Part shown: piece after piece, positions 23,610 to 36,412 of the stretch
Layout: each line of letters opens with the position of its first letter
How positions within the stretch are numbered: position 1 is the first letter of the stretch
Assembly (NCBI GenBank): GCA_965235115.1
Contig: OZ249438.1
Coordinates: 18,724,001 to 18,788,000, forward strand
DNA length: 64,000 nucleotides
Origin: Laetmonice hystrix
Lineage: Eukaryota
Direction of reading: 5' to 3'
The notes under the pieces: generated by a model
Told to the model about the DNA's origin: nothing
Database searches by the model: none
Seen by the model: the letters and a program-made list of their open reading frames with translations, nothing else
Program-made: the position numbers and the translations under genes

Positions 23610-24533
23610 CCTGAAACAATACAAGACTATGATGTCACCCAGAGACCTCCCTGAAACAATACAAGAATATGATGTCACCCAGAGACCTCCCTGAAACAAT
23701 ACAAGAATATGATGTCACCCAGAGACCTCCCTGAAACAATACAAGAATATGATGTTACCCAGAGACCTCCCTGAAACAATACAAGAATATGATGTTACCC
23801 AGAGACCTCCCTGAAACAATACAAGAATATGATGTCACCCAGAGACCTCCCTGAAACAATACAAGAATATGATGTCACCCAGAGACCTCCATGAAACAAT
23901 ACAAGAATACGATGTCACCCAGAGACCTCCCTGAAACAATACAAGAATATGATGTCACCCAGAGACCTCTCTGAAACAATACAAGAATATGATGTCACCC
24001 AGAGACCTCCCTGAAACAATACAAGAATATGATGTCACCCAGAGACCTCCCTGAAACAATACAAGAATATGATGTTACCCAGAGACCTCCCTGAAACAAT
24101 ACAAGAATATGATGTCACCAGAGACCTCCCTGAAACAATACAAGAATATGATGTCACCCAGAGACCTCCATGAAACAATACAAGAATACGATGTCACCCA
24201 GAGACCTCCCTAAAACAATACAAGAATATGATGTCACCCAGAGACCTCTCTGAAACAATACAAGAATATGATGTCACCCAGAGACCTCCCTGAAACAATA
24301 CAAGAATATGATGTCACCCAGAGACCTCCCTGAAACAATACAAGAATATGATGTCACCCAGAGACCTCCATGAAACAATACAAGAATACGATGTCACCCA
24401 GAGACCTCCCTGAAACAATACAAGAATATGATGTCACCCAGAGACCTCCCTGAAACAATACAAGAATATGATGTCACCCAGAGACCTCCCTGAAACAATA
24501 CAAGAATATGATGTCACCCAGAGACCTCCCTGA
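23610..24533. repeat. Minisatellite, 40-bp unit x ~23
   Basis: Unit CCTGAAACAATACAAGAATATGATGTCACCCAGAGACCTC. Confidence 0.97.
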
Positions 24534-24725
24534 AGTATCACACAATTACATGGTGTTCATGTTTCCAGTAATCACTGAAGAAACCTAATACATGGGATAA
24601 ATATAGCATTGGGTATCTATAACTGGAAGACGAGACCCGCTATATAAAAGGCTTTAGGGCGCGGCTCCAACGTATGCCTATATTGTCCCATTTATACAGG
24701 CATAGAGTCTATGATACAGGTGAAT

Positions 24726-24740
24726 GAGAGAGAGAGAGAC

Positions 24741-24786
<46 letters not shown>
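24726..24786. repeat. (GA)n microsatellite
   Basis: About 60 bp of AG dinucleotides with two AC interruptions. Confidence 0.95.
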
Positions 24787-24794
<8 letters not shown>

Positions 24795-26210
24795 AGAGAA
24801 ATGATACTGATGAAATATTGCTATATCTATTGCTGCCTATAAGCCTCGGACGATTAACCCGTAGAGTCCGATTTTGAGCGTTGACCTGGCTGACCAACGA
24901 TCAGGGCAATACTCTCTGAAGTCACCTGACATTTACAAGCAATTCATCTTAACGGCTGTCCCAGGCTGGGCCGTGGATCGATCCATCAAGCTCCACATCC
25001 TGCGCACGCTCTGGTCAAAACATGGCCTTCAAACGATTGTGTTGTCCGTCGCCAGCCCTTGCCGCCCGTAATCTTACAGGGCGCGGCTGTCAAGATGGCT
25101 TGGACGTTTGCGTCTCCATTTGACCTTTTACACCTCTATTCTGCTATAACCATGCAGAACTTCATTTTCATATTCATAAAAATAACATTTCTCCTGTATG
25201 GTATCAAATACAGAGCCGGACCAGTTACCCTATAGGCCTACCTTTGCAGGTATAGTATCAGGTATAAATAGGGCATAGGACTGCATCAAAACGTTTGGGA
25301 ACCCTCGTTTCTTCAGCCGTGCTACATTTCAATGGGGGAGATTGAAGTAACCCCCACTCCCCCCCACCCACCCCACCCCAGATAGCTTTCTCCCACGTCA
25401 GAGGTGAAGGGCGCTGCGAGCGGCAAGTGATGTATTTATACGTCAGGCAGGCAGTCAGTGCGCCCGCCCATCTCTCGCGTGCACGACGTATGGTATAAGG
25501 CCCGACAAGAGGCCGGCAGCTGCATGGTTGGCGGCCGAAGCCCGGCTGCCTCCATCACCAACGGAAGCTGGCCGCGTCCACTTCTGTAAATCGCTATTGA
25601 TAGTGTCAGGTGTCGTCCGCCTGGGTTCGAGTGACCCGTACCGAGCGCCACCAGCCACCCCTGGTACTGTGTGCCCAGACTGCTGTGACGCACGGGAATC
25701 TTCAAAGGTGTTTGGTCGTGACGCGTGCTCAGAAACGATGTTTTGTCTGGTCGATCTGGAAGTGGTGCCTCTGGTTTGTGTTCTGCTGTAACGGTCAAGT
25801 ATAGGAGTCCGGCAGCGAAAGGGCTCAGACTGTTCAGGTGCCTACTGCATCAGCTGTTTCCTCACTCCTACGGTTTTGGTCTTTACACCTATACGCCCGA
25901 ACATACGGAGGTATCGCACAGTTAAAATTCGGCAACTTCAGGTGAGTGCATGATTGCGGGAAAACCGCATCTTTCGATTTCACAAAGAAGAAAAGTATAA
26001 GAAGGGGGAAAAGAAGAAGAAACTTTTTTCTTCAGAAAGGCTATTAGATAGCATCTCCAGGGAACCCACTGAGATTTCACAGCCTCAGAGCTCTGATTGT
26101 TGGAAACATAATTTGAATACAATATTATTTAATGCCCCCCAACCTGTTGGTGCCTCTGGCTTTCGGCCCTCTCTGACAGCGCCAGCAGAAATTTTTGCGG
26201 TTAACGATTA

Positions 26211-26730
26211 GCTAGGTGTTATGACAATTAAGAGCCTACAGCTAGGTGTTATGAGAACTATGAGCCTACAGCTAGGTGTCATGGGAACAATCAGCCTACA
26301 GCTAGGTGTTATGAGAACTAGGAGCCTATACACCTATAGGTGTTATGAGAACTATGAGCCTACAGCTAGGTGTTATGGAAACTATGAGCCTATAAAGTTA
26401 TAGGTGTTATGAGAACTATGAGCCTACAGCAAGGTGTTATGAGAACTATGAGCCTACAGCTAGGTGTTATGAGAACTATGAGCCTACAGCAAGGTGTTAT
26501 GAGAACTATGGGAGCCTATACAGCTTGGTGTTATGAGAACTATGAGCCTACAGCTAGGTGTTATGAGAACTATAGGAGCCTATACAGCTAGGTGTTATGA
26601 GAACTATAGGAGCCTATACAGCTAGGTGTTATGAGAACTATAGGAGCCTATACAGCAAGGTGTTATGAGAACTAGGAGCCTATACAGCTTGGTGTTATGA
26701 GAACTAGGAGCCCATACAGCTTGGTGTTAT
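26211..26730. repeat. Imperfect minisatellite, ~30-bp unit x ~17
   Basis: Unit TACAGCTAGGTGTTATGAGAACTATGAGCC with length variants. Confidence 0.92.
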
Positions 26731-27540
26731 GTATTAATAGTGACAGCCATGCGTAATCCGGTTCAATATTAAAAGCTCACCTCTTCATGTATGCATGACA
26801 TAAATGGAATATATTACCACTTCATCTAGGCGCATCAAACAAGTCCCGACAGTACCTAATGTGAAATGCATTCTTTTTTGGTCGAGCACCCTGAATCTGG
26901 TGTAAAAAGGATGATTAGTAAAATATTTCCTTGTTGAAGTTATTCCCTAAGGTGTCGAACACAACCTATCCCTCCAGAGACGTAAATGACCTTTATTCTC
27001 TTTTTGCTGTATTGATGTGTTCATTATACTGAAAATGAAAAGGGGTTGCCTTTGCATTTGTACATTGGTAGAAATGCTCGAGGCAGCGTCGCTCAAGTTG
27101 GGAATCCATAAATAGCCTACACATCTAATCGCATGCGTCATGAGATGTCGAAATTGCATTAAGCAGAAGTCGTATTTCACCAAGGGAGCTCTGAACACGG
27201 CGATTTGAAAGTAATAAGGGGGCTGCCGCGGGTTTAAATCATTTAATATAGATTGACTGCATCTGCCGTTTTATCATAGCTCAGAATCAAATTCCAACGA
27301 GAGATCAATAAAAATTGGTCCCACTAACAAATTACTTCAGGTACGTAATAAACGAACGTTTTAAAGCTATCTCCCAAACATCTGGAAAAGGCAGACGATA
27401 TTAATCTCGGATATACTTGTGTTCTGAATCATGACAGGTTAAAGGAGTGACCAAATATACATGTCCTTTCTATAATGTTCAGCGTTAACTAGAAAGTGAT
27501 CCCCCCGGAAATTACATAGAAATAATATTATTAATATAGT

Positions 27541-28018
27541 GTCCCTTGCCCAGGATCACCGAACCAGCTCGGTGAACACCAGTAAAGGTCCCTTGCCCAG
27601 GATCAGCGAACCTGCTCGGTATGAACACCAGTAAAGGTCCCTTGCCCAGGATCAGCGAACCTGCTCGGTATGAACACCAGTAAAGGTCCCTTGCCCAGGA
27701 TCAGCGAACCAGCTCGGTGAACACCAGTAAAGGTCCCTTGCCCAGGATCAGCGAACCTGCTCGGTATGAACACCAGTAAAGGTCCCTTGCCCAGGATCAG
27801 CGAACCTGCTCGGTATGAACACCAGTAAAGGTCCCTTGCCCAGGATCAGCGAACCAGCTCGGTATGAGCACCAGTAAAGGTCCCTTGCCCAGGATCAGCG
27901 AACCAGCTCGGTATGAACACCAGTAAAGGTCCCTTGCCCAGGATCAGCGAACCTGCTCGGTATGAACACCAGTAAAGGTCCCTTGCCCAGGTTCAGCGAA
28001 CCAGCTCGGTATGAACAC
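27541..28018. repeat. Minisatellite, 49-bp unit x ~10
   Basis: Unit GTCCCTTGCCCAGGATCAGCGAACCTGCTCGGTATGAACACCAGTAAAG; 47-bp variant recurs. Confidence 0.96.
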
Positions 28019-28394
28019 TATTAGTACAACGGAGGCCTACCACCGATTTCAAAGAACACGGCATGTTCTTCTACATCAGCAAGCACCAGTTCCACGAGTG
28101 GTGTTTAACCCACTTGAATCAAAGCGGAGCATTGACAGAAAACATCGATCGACCGAGCCCTGTAGGCGTTTATATATTAGGTCTAACTCTGTTTCCTTAC
28201 AATGTCTGTTTCCGTGTTATATCACTTGAAAGAAGAGCAGCTCTACGTCTTTAGTTTGTATACAGCGACATGCTTATTAACATTCGGATTAAGACTTGCT
28301 ACTAACGGAAGACAATTACGTGACCAATTAGACAAAGAAATTAGACTACTTTGCCCAACAGCACCCGTCACTAGCCAAAAGAGAAATGCACATA

Positions 28395-29068
28395 TCGTCG
28401 GTTTTTTCTCGAACCGACGAATCTGCACTTTTGCCAAATTCGAGATTTTATTATATTCTTGTAAGATTAGACATATACTAACTTCATCCAAAATGTTATC
28501 TTCTTATCTGTGTTAATTAGCGAGATATCCAATTAATGTATGTGGCGAATATGCATGACAAGTATAATTTTTTTTTCTCATACTGGCGAATCAGTAGTTC
28601 GCCGGTCCGAGACGTAACTATGGAAACCGAAGCCTTAATTTCTTTTTTTTTCTAAGCAGCGAATGTGCTATGTACATACTGGGTAGACTTATATAGTTCC
28701 CTGCATGCGACGAATATGCGGCGAATCTGCGGCAGATCTATGAAATTGAGATTTTTTTTCTCTCAAAGTGGCGAATCTGCGGCGAATCTACCCCTGACCA
28801 TGATATGAACGTAAATTTCTTTTTTCTCAAAGTGGCGAATATGATGAGGTTAATTTACGCAGCCGCCGCCAGGTGTCAGGTCACATGATCACATGATTAA
28901 AGGGCCCATCGAACGCTTCATCACTCGTGGTTATTTAATAGAAATTCATCGCAGCTTCATCGTTTCTAACTTTGTACTAGTAAAGTAAATAAAAAACGCA
29001 AATTTTCAAATGCGTTTTACTCAAAACTACCTTTTTGCAGATTCGCCGGTTCGAGAAAAAACCGACGA
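28395..29068. mobile_element. Non-autonomous TIR element (674 bp), TA-flanked, with internal GGCGAAT(A/C)TGC repeats
   Basis: ~32-bp TIRs TCGTCGGTTTTTTCTCGAACCGACGAATCTGC / GCAGATTCGCCGGTTCGAGAAAAAACCGACGA; TA at 28393-28394 and 29069-29070. Confidence 0.72.
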
Positions 29069-30221
29069 TATAATTGCCTAAATCAATACCTTTTGTCAAG
29101 TCGAAGGTTCCCACGGCTCAGCTTTTGTGTTTTTATGGTGAAGTCGACAGACTGGGAACCATAAATTAGGCGTGCTTGTCCCTATATTCAAATAGTATAT
29201 TTAGTAAAAACATTGATCGATTCTAGGAGAGAATTTGACGCGCACTCTCCGCGCGATCTTGCACGTAGGCGTCTTTTTATAGGCATTGGGATTACAGAAC
29301 ACCCGCCCCCTTTCAACAGATGTACATGATGTGTTATTGGAATGACGTCTGTAAAAATGTATCCAACATGGACGTAAACGAAATTAATTCCTTTGTGAAC
29401 ATTGTTTATTAGCGAGCTTGAGCGGTGTGGTTGGAAGGGTGTGTGTGGTATACACAGCTTGGAGAAAGTGGTGATGTGGGTGGGGTCGCTCCCAATGGCC
29501 GGCGGCAACGTGAAACTAGATTGCTTACATTATCGCAAGCGCTTTGTTAAGCGTATCGACAACATCACTGGTGCCGTGCCAGGCTCTTTCACTGAGGGAG
29601 TCCAACCTATTACTAAAAAAGACAAGACGGAACAAGATTTTCCCTAATCCTACAACGCTTGTAGAAATAAGGTAAACCGCTTTTATGATTTATGAAAAAA
29701 GTAAAGAAATAAAATATAAGCGACAACCGTGAACAATTTCTTGCTGAGTTGTTCTTTTAAAGCGATGTATTTTCTTATATGATCCCGTTAGCAAACTCGC
29801 ACACAAAGATGCCCGTTTAGTTTAGTGTGCAAAGTAAAGTATAATCACCATTCTCGTCACTCTCACAGAATGCAGGCTGAACCTAAAGACAGACATTTTA
29901 CCGTATTCAACCCTAACAAGGATGTTGTAAAACCGTTTACTAACTCCTCAGTAGTAATGCTAAATGATATTTTGTCACTTCAGTGATTGTAGGTGTAGCA
30001 CATTGCCGGAATTCCTATGCTTAGTGGCCTAATGATAGGTGGTGGGCATTGGCTTGTTTATACCTTACCACTTACAAGTAGTATATGAAGAGAAGCGATA
30101 TATTCAGGACAGAGGTGTAGGGAACGAGTCGTCTTGCCCCTACTATACCGGATCCTTTATATTTACAACTGTGTCCGTGAAAAATAGTTTAGCAGCCGTA
30201 TGGTCATGTTGACGAAAATAT

Positions 30222-30830
30222 CAAATAACATGATGTATGGATAGATGTAGACCTGAAAACAAATAACATGATGTATGGATAGATGTAGACCTGAAAACAA
30301 ATAACATGATGTATGGATAGATGTAGACCTGAAAACAAATAACATGATGTATGGATAGATGTAGACCTGAAAACAAATAACATGATGTATGGATAGATAT
30401 AGACCTGAAAACAAAGAACATGATAAATGGATAGATGTAGACCTGAAAACAAATAACATGATGTATGGATAGATGTAGACCTGAAAACAAATAACATGAT
30501 GTATGGATAGATGTAGACCTGAAAACAAATAACATGATGTATGGATAGATGTAGACCTGAAAACAAATAACATGATGTATGGATAGATGTAGACCTGAAA
30601 ACAAATAACATGATGTATGGATAGATGTAGACCTGAAAACAAATAACATGATGTATGGATAGATGTAGACCTGAAAACAAATAACATGATGTATGGATAG
30701 ATGTAGACCTGAAAACAAATAACATGATGTATGGATAGATGTATCCCTGAAAACAAATAACATGATGTATGGATAGATGTAGACCTGAAAACAAATAACA
30801 TGATATATGGATAGATGTAGACCTGAAAAC
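30222..30830. repeat. Minisatellite, 38-bp unit x ~16 (source of three spurious - strand ORFs)
   Basis: Unit AAATAACATGATGTATGGATAGATGTAGACCTGAAAAC. Confidence 0.97.
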
Positions 30831-33800
30831 TTCCAAGCCACTCAGGCCTGATTTCAGACGTCTGCGCGTCTTGATAATGGCGGCACAATTTTTGACTTCT
30901 GCAATCTGAGATCATGAAGGTAGGAATAATTCATGACAAGGATTCGCCATAAATACTCACAACAACTGTTTACGGGCCTATTCAGCGACATTACACAGAC
31001 AGAGGTAGTGAAAACGTAGCCAGACGATTTCTAATAGTATTTTGGGGGCTATTATCACCGATATAGATACCAACATTCTGACTTGAATGGTGACTGATTG
31101 ATTAATTGATTGATTGATTGACTTTTTTGATTCTCAGGGCGTGCTAAGACACGCTTCCAGTAAGAATGGGGATGACCGTTGATAACAGAAGTTGAAAACC
31201 AATAATATGAGGTATAAAATATATCCGGAACCCAATAGTTAAAGCAGAACGAACCAAGATTGTACGCTAATTATTCTCAGCAGGATTTATACTGCACCTA
31301 ATACATTAATCCATGATGGCACCCTCTGGTAATATTTGGCGATTTCAGTAAAGGGATGGGCCTGTTTTCCTGACGCATTTATATTGAGCGGCTATAATGT
31401 TAAAATCCGTCATACTCTAGCAATTATTATTTATTGCGACAACACGCCATAAGATGATAAAGTATAAAGTAAATGATGTTAGTGTTATTTTGTTATCACT
31501 CATGACGTTTATCAATAAACGATCACCCAGAACCAAACCGTCTCTCCGTGTTATGGTTGCACAAGCGGAACCATTTGGTAATACCGGACTCAAATATAAG
31601 CACATTTATCCAATCAATCCTACATTGAGTCAGCCGCAGTGTAATGCATAACTGAAATGGACTGGTTGATTACCATTACAAATTCAAGAGGTCATATTGA
31701 AAATTTACTTAATGGCGAGGTTGTTAACATTAGCATCTAGCACCTCATACGGAAGGTCAGGTCAAGGGCAAATTGTTGTGTCCTCTGGAATAGAAGGCTA
31801 CATGAGAGGCTCGTAGATATAATATTATTACTTCATTTTTCAATATCAGTTTTATTTATCAATCCTCCTCCTCATCACAACCACCATCCTTATCCGAGGT
31901 ATCACAAAAACTTAAACAAGCAAGAAGACAACGGCAGCAGTCAGAAATTATGCAATGACGTCATCTGCGCCCCAGCCATGAATGGAAGCGAGCCGACCTC
32001 AGGCGGCGTCATGACGGAGTCTGTCTCCACACGGGGCTGAATGGTGAATGGGTAGGCTGTAAGCAGGCCATAGCAACCAGAACATCAACAAAAACTACTC
32101 CATGTCTTGAACACCTGGTATTCTTTTGAACAATAGCATCTCCGTGCGAGGTGGCTATACTGTCGTTCGACTGATTTCAAGACAAAAATATTAATCCCAC
32201 TTCACGTTAAGTGATGGTTTTCATGGCTCCCCGTGGCGACGTCTAGCCCTGAGCTTAATGTAATCAGGCATCATGCACCTTTCGTGATGGTGTAGTAAGT
32301 GTCGCTTATATTATGAACGGAATGTATTTCATTCCGCAGAAATTGCATCAGTTTTGACCTGAGAAGGGCGACTTTGACGTGAAACGCCCTTACTTTGATC
32401 ATGATCATTCGCCCTCGTCCCGAGGATATCTCTTTGATCAGTAACAGACAGCCTTCTGTGATCAGATACAATTTACCTGTTCTCATCGTCCATCCCCTGC
32501 CATGACCAGAAAACGAGTGTCAAACTGTGCGGCCTTACGATCTGATTGCTTTCAATTAGTCACAGTGACGCCAATTTTGTAATGGCTGAGCCACTTTGTG
32601 ATATGTGCCCAAAGTATAGGCCTATCAATTAGACTATATAATGCTCAAATTTTAGAATTTTGATGAAGTTAATTTGATAAGTTCATTTTTCGTGAAAGAT
32701 CTATATTGCATGCCTTTTAGTCTGATCCCGAAGCAATGGCTTCAACATGATCAAGTATACATGCATGGTCATGAAATCCCATTTTCCGCACCTTGTTGGG
32801 TGCAAGCCACATGATAGACAGCTTCCGAGCTCATGTATCCAATCATAGGATTGAACGTACACGCCTTGCAGCTAAATCATGGAGACATTTGTGAGAGCCT
32901 CTCAGGGACGACCACAGGTAAACTATTGCAACAATCGGAAACAATTACATGTTGCACACGGCGCACATACTCAGATAACGAAGACCAAAGCAGTTATCGG
33001 AAAGGTCAGGTTCGAGGGTACCTAGGCATAGAATGGCATCGTGCGTGCATGGTGTCAGTCCTGGCTAAAGTCAAAAATTCAATGAATGGATGGTATATTC
33101 ACGCAACGGATGTGGAACTAGAATCATATACCTACTGTGGAGAGAATTACTAATATTAGGTACTTTTTGCTCTAGAAAGTCCAAATTTGAGGTGGAAGAT
33201 GGGATTTCCCCTGGCTATCAGATGTTTCTATTTTTAGATCTGTCGCCCTGAGGCATTCGCCAATAGGTTACCCGTGTACGAGACTCAGACGCTTGAGACA
33301 ACTTAATGTGACAAAATAATGCTCGGATCCCTCTTAAATTTGAACATCTGGCGAGTTTTACTCGGGGCTAGATCAAGATAAAAATATAATTAAGTTATTT
33401 CCCATTCTTTGTTTTTACATGAGCTCAGAGTAGACTACTTTAGCATGCCAGTTTCAGTATTTCTACAATATCACGCACACCTACCATTAAAAAATTAAAC
33501 TGTCATTAATTTTGATAACCTTACAACTGCCCAAAAGGGGATACCTTCTGCTCAACTGAGCAATTTCTAGTCTTAATTTCATATTATGGAAGAGTCAGAA
33601 ACGTATAACTCTTCGCTGAGAGATTATGTTCTCAAGATTAGGATTTGCGCGATTCTCGGAGCAAATCGCGCAGGATGAAAACGCTGATGTCAGCTTGAAT
33701 ATTCGGATGAGAGACAGCAGAGACGACTTGATATTATAAAATTCACTCGTGACTGCATGTAATATTTTAAGATCGATCGTTTACTGTATCTCTATGCTAA

Positions 33801-34923
33801 ATGATCATAATTTAAGTGATTCATTTGGTGCATGCAGTCAGACCAGTAAGATCTATTTCCTTAATCGATTGAATCTAGACTGAATTAAGGCAATTCTATG
33901 TGGTGGTCTGATTTTGTTTGCATTCGGTAATTCAGTGAAATGAAAAGGGAGGAGTTTTCAAGATTCTTAAGCTTGCGATTACTCTCTTTCTCCATTACAT
34001 GTGTTCTCTTTCTCCATTACATGTGTTCGGTCAGGTCTATAAAAATAACACATTAACGTAAAAACATAATATTTAGGTCAGTACATATGATAAACTATCA
34101 ACGTTTATGCTTAAAAAGAACAAGTTCGAATTCATAAAACAAAATATTTTATGCAGTAATATCAGCATTCGGAATAGCATTATCGCATAACAAGTTATCC
34201 AGAAGAAATATTTAATAAATAAATAATGGCAGGAGAGTGGTTCCTCTTCAAAGCGGAGTGGGAGGTTGGGTGTTTGCGTTCACATGACTGCAGTACAGAC
34301 ATGTGCGGGAAGAGGCGGCTCCAAGTAATCCAATTAGGGGCCGAGTGCGGGGACAGTCCCCTCCATGAGGCTATCGAGGTTCCAGGGCTCACCATTATGA
34401 CACCCTCCACATTTTTCAAGGCCCACCGTAATTGAAACATTATCGTCAAGTGATGGTATTTCGGCGTGGTAAAATGTCATCAACAATATATCCTGATAAG
34501 TAGCTCAGGTTCGATTATACGGTTGAATTGATCTTGCAGGCCATAGTTCTATCTACTCGGTTTATCATGCAGTGCGGTGGATAAATAACTTTACAAAGTT
34601 GGCCTGTAAGAAACCCCCCCCCCCCCTCTAATCCATAATTTTCTCCCACCCAAAATACTCTGGCCGGAAGTAAGACGGCAGCTGGTCTCTTCAGGATGTA
34701 TTAGCCCTTTGCCTGCGTCACCAATCACACGCTGAGCCACGACATCAACTCTCCAGCATCCTCTGGCCGTGTCGGTGATTGATTAAAATATCCGCATCAG
34801 GTGACAACGGTCCACCTCCTTACCTAATTACGTAGCCATCCAATACTTATTATCACCCCAAGGAGAAGCGGGTGATACACGCTGCGACTTACGATTTGTC
34901 GCCGACTATTTGTCGCCGACAAA

Positions 34924-35384
34924 AAGGGAAAAGTAAGTGTTCGACGGAATTTGATTGGCCACTAGAATTTTCAAAATATTTTTATGGGGGATAGCCTTTG
35001 TCCTTAGGAGTACAAAAGAAAATCATATGTCATCGAATTAGATTTTTTTTAATACAGGCCTCCGTAAAAAATGGGTCTTTACTATAGGTTTCAATGGGAA
35101 AAACGGGGTCACCGAATTAAAAAAAGTTACAGCCTGCCAAACAGTCACTGCCTTGGTAAAACACGGGTCTTAACTATAGCATTCAATGAAGTAGACGGGT
35201 TCTGGAACACAGTTTGGTTCATGGTTTAAAAAATACTACTGATTTCCACATTAAACTAGTTGACTGCATAAATAAGCCAAACATTTTTTGTTAAAGCTCA
35301 CTACGCGGCGCTTTGAACACTCACATTTCCCCTGTAGTACCAACGCGACTCACTACGCGGCGCTTTGAACACTCACATTTCCCT
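34924..35384. mobile_element. Kolobok/T2-type MITE, copy 2 (inverted relative to copy 1, internally deleted, ~461 bp)
   Basis: Matches the reverse complement of 2449-3035 at both ends; right TIR followed by TTAA (35385-35388), left TSD degenerate; ~125 bp shorter. Confidence 0.78.
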
Positions 35385-36084
35385 TTAAGTCGTAGCGTGT
35401 GTCATAGGGGAGAAGCGCCTACGACAAATTATCGCTATGAAGTGGATCGAGTGCCGTTATTAGCACGCCTAGCTGAGGAACCCAGTAACCCATACTCATA
35501 CATAATAACCGATAAACCCTGACCGATTCAAGCATCACTCTTGTGTAGTTTCACCTGTTGACTCTATACAGACCGTGACCCTTGCTCTAACCACTAAATA
35601 CTCGAGCTCGTATTTTCTATAGATCATATTAGCAAAAAGGTACGATTTTTTTTGTTTACGAGCTATACGGCCATATTCGAGCTACAGTGTAAAGGACTAA
35701 AGTGGACGTACGGAAACGTAAGGATCACTCTTGTAACCGGTGCTATGATTGGTCACGAGTAAATGTGACAATAATGTAGCGCCACCGCTGAGGTATACAG
35801 TGTTGGTTCTTCAGGCAGAGCCGGTAGTAGGTGGGCGGCCTTTCTATTCATAGCCTGAACGTAAAGGGAACTTATTACAATGTCACGTGATAGGGTATTC
35901 ACCAATCATACATGGGGTAAGAAAGGTTCTTTAAATGTGACTTCACGGCGGAATGGCATAGAAAATATGATGAGCTGTAACTTTGATCGTGTGAATTAGT
36001 ATGTGCTGAAATACTAGGTAGGTCTATTTCAGACAGCACAGACGTCTTGAAATCAGCCAGTCGTACACAGACAGGCTACTTGCA

Positions 36085-36412
36085 CGGTGATATGCCGATC
36101 ATGGAGTGACACTCTATCCCCGATGATGCCTATGGTGCCGACCATGGAATGACACTGTATCCCCGATGATATTGCCGACCATGGAATGGCACTGTATCTC
36201 CGATGATGCCTATGTTGCCGACCATGGAATGATACTCTATCCCCGATGATGCCTATGGTGCCGACCATGGAATGACACTGTATCCCCGATGATATTGCCG
36301 ACCATGGAATGGCACTGTATCTCCGATGATGCCTATGTTGCCGACCATGGAATGATACTCTATCCCCGATAATGCCCAAGGTGCCGACCATGGAATGACA
36401 CGCTATCCCCGC
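36085..36412. repeat. Higher-order repeat: 123-bp period built from 43+37+43-bp related monomers
   Basis: Shared core ATCCCCGATGAT...GCCGACCATGGAATG; monomer A at 36116, 36239 and 36362. Confidence 0.9.

Noticed and set aside
25595-25645. GGTTCGAG B-box-like motif suggesting a tRNA or SINE
   Set aside because: Imperfect B box, no A box at a suitable distance, no cloverleaf.
30163-30915. Three 206-250 aa - strand ORFs
   Set aside because: Translation of the 38-bp array; the same peptide cycles through all three frames.
23433-32486. Phase-compatible chain of five small - strand exons (32394-32486, 30823-30905, 28114-28159, 26144-26211, from 23610), several abutting minisatellites
   Set aside because: Splice sites were hand-picked, several are weak (GTCTAC donor, poor pyrimidine tracts), the joined peptide resembles no family I know, and comparable chains can be built on the + strand; likely over-fitting without RNA evidence.
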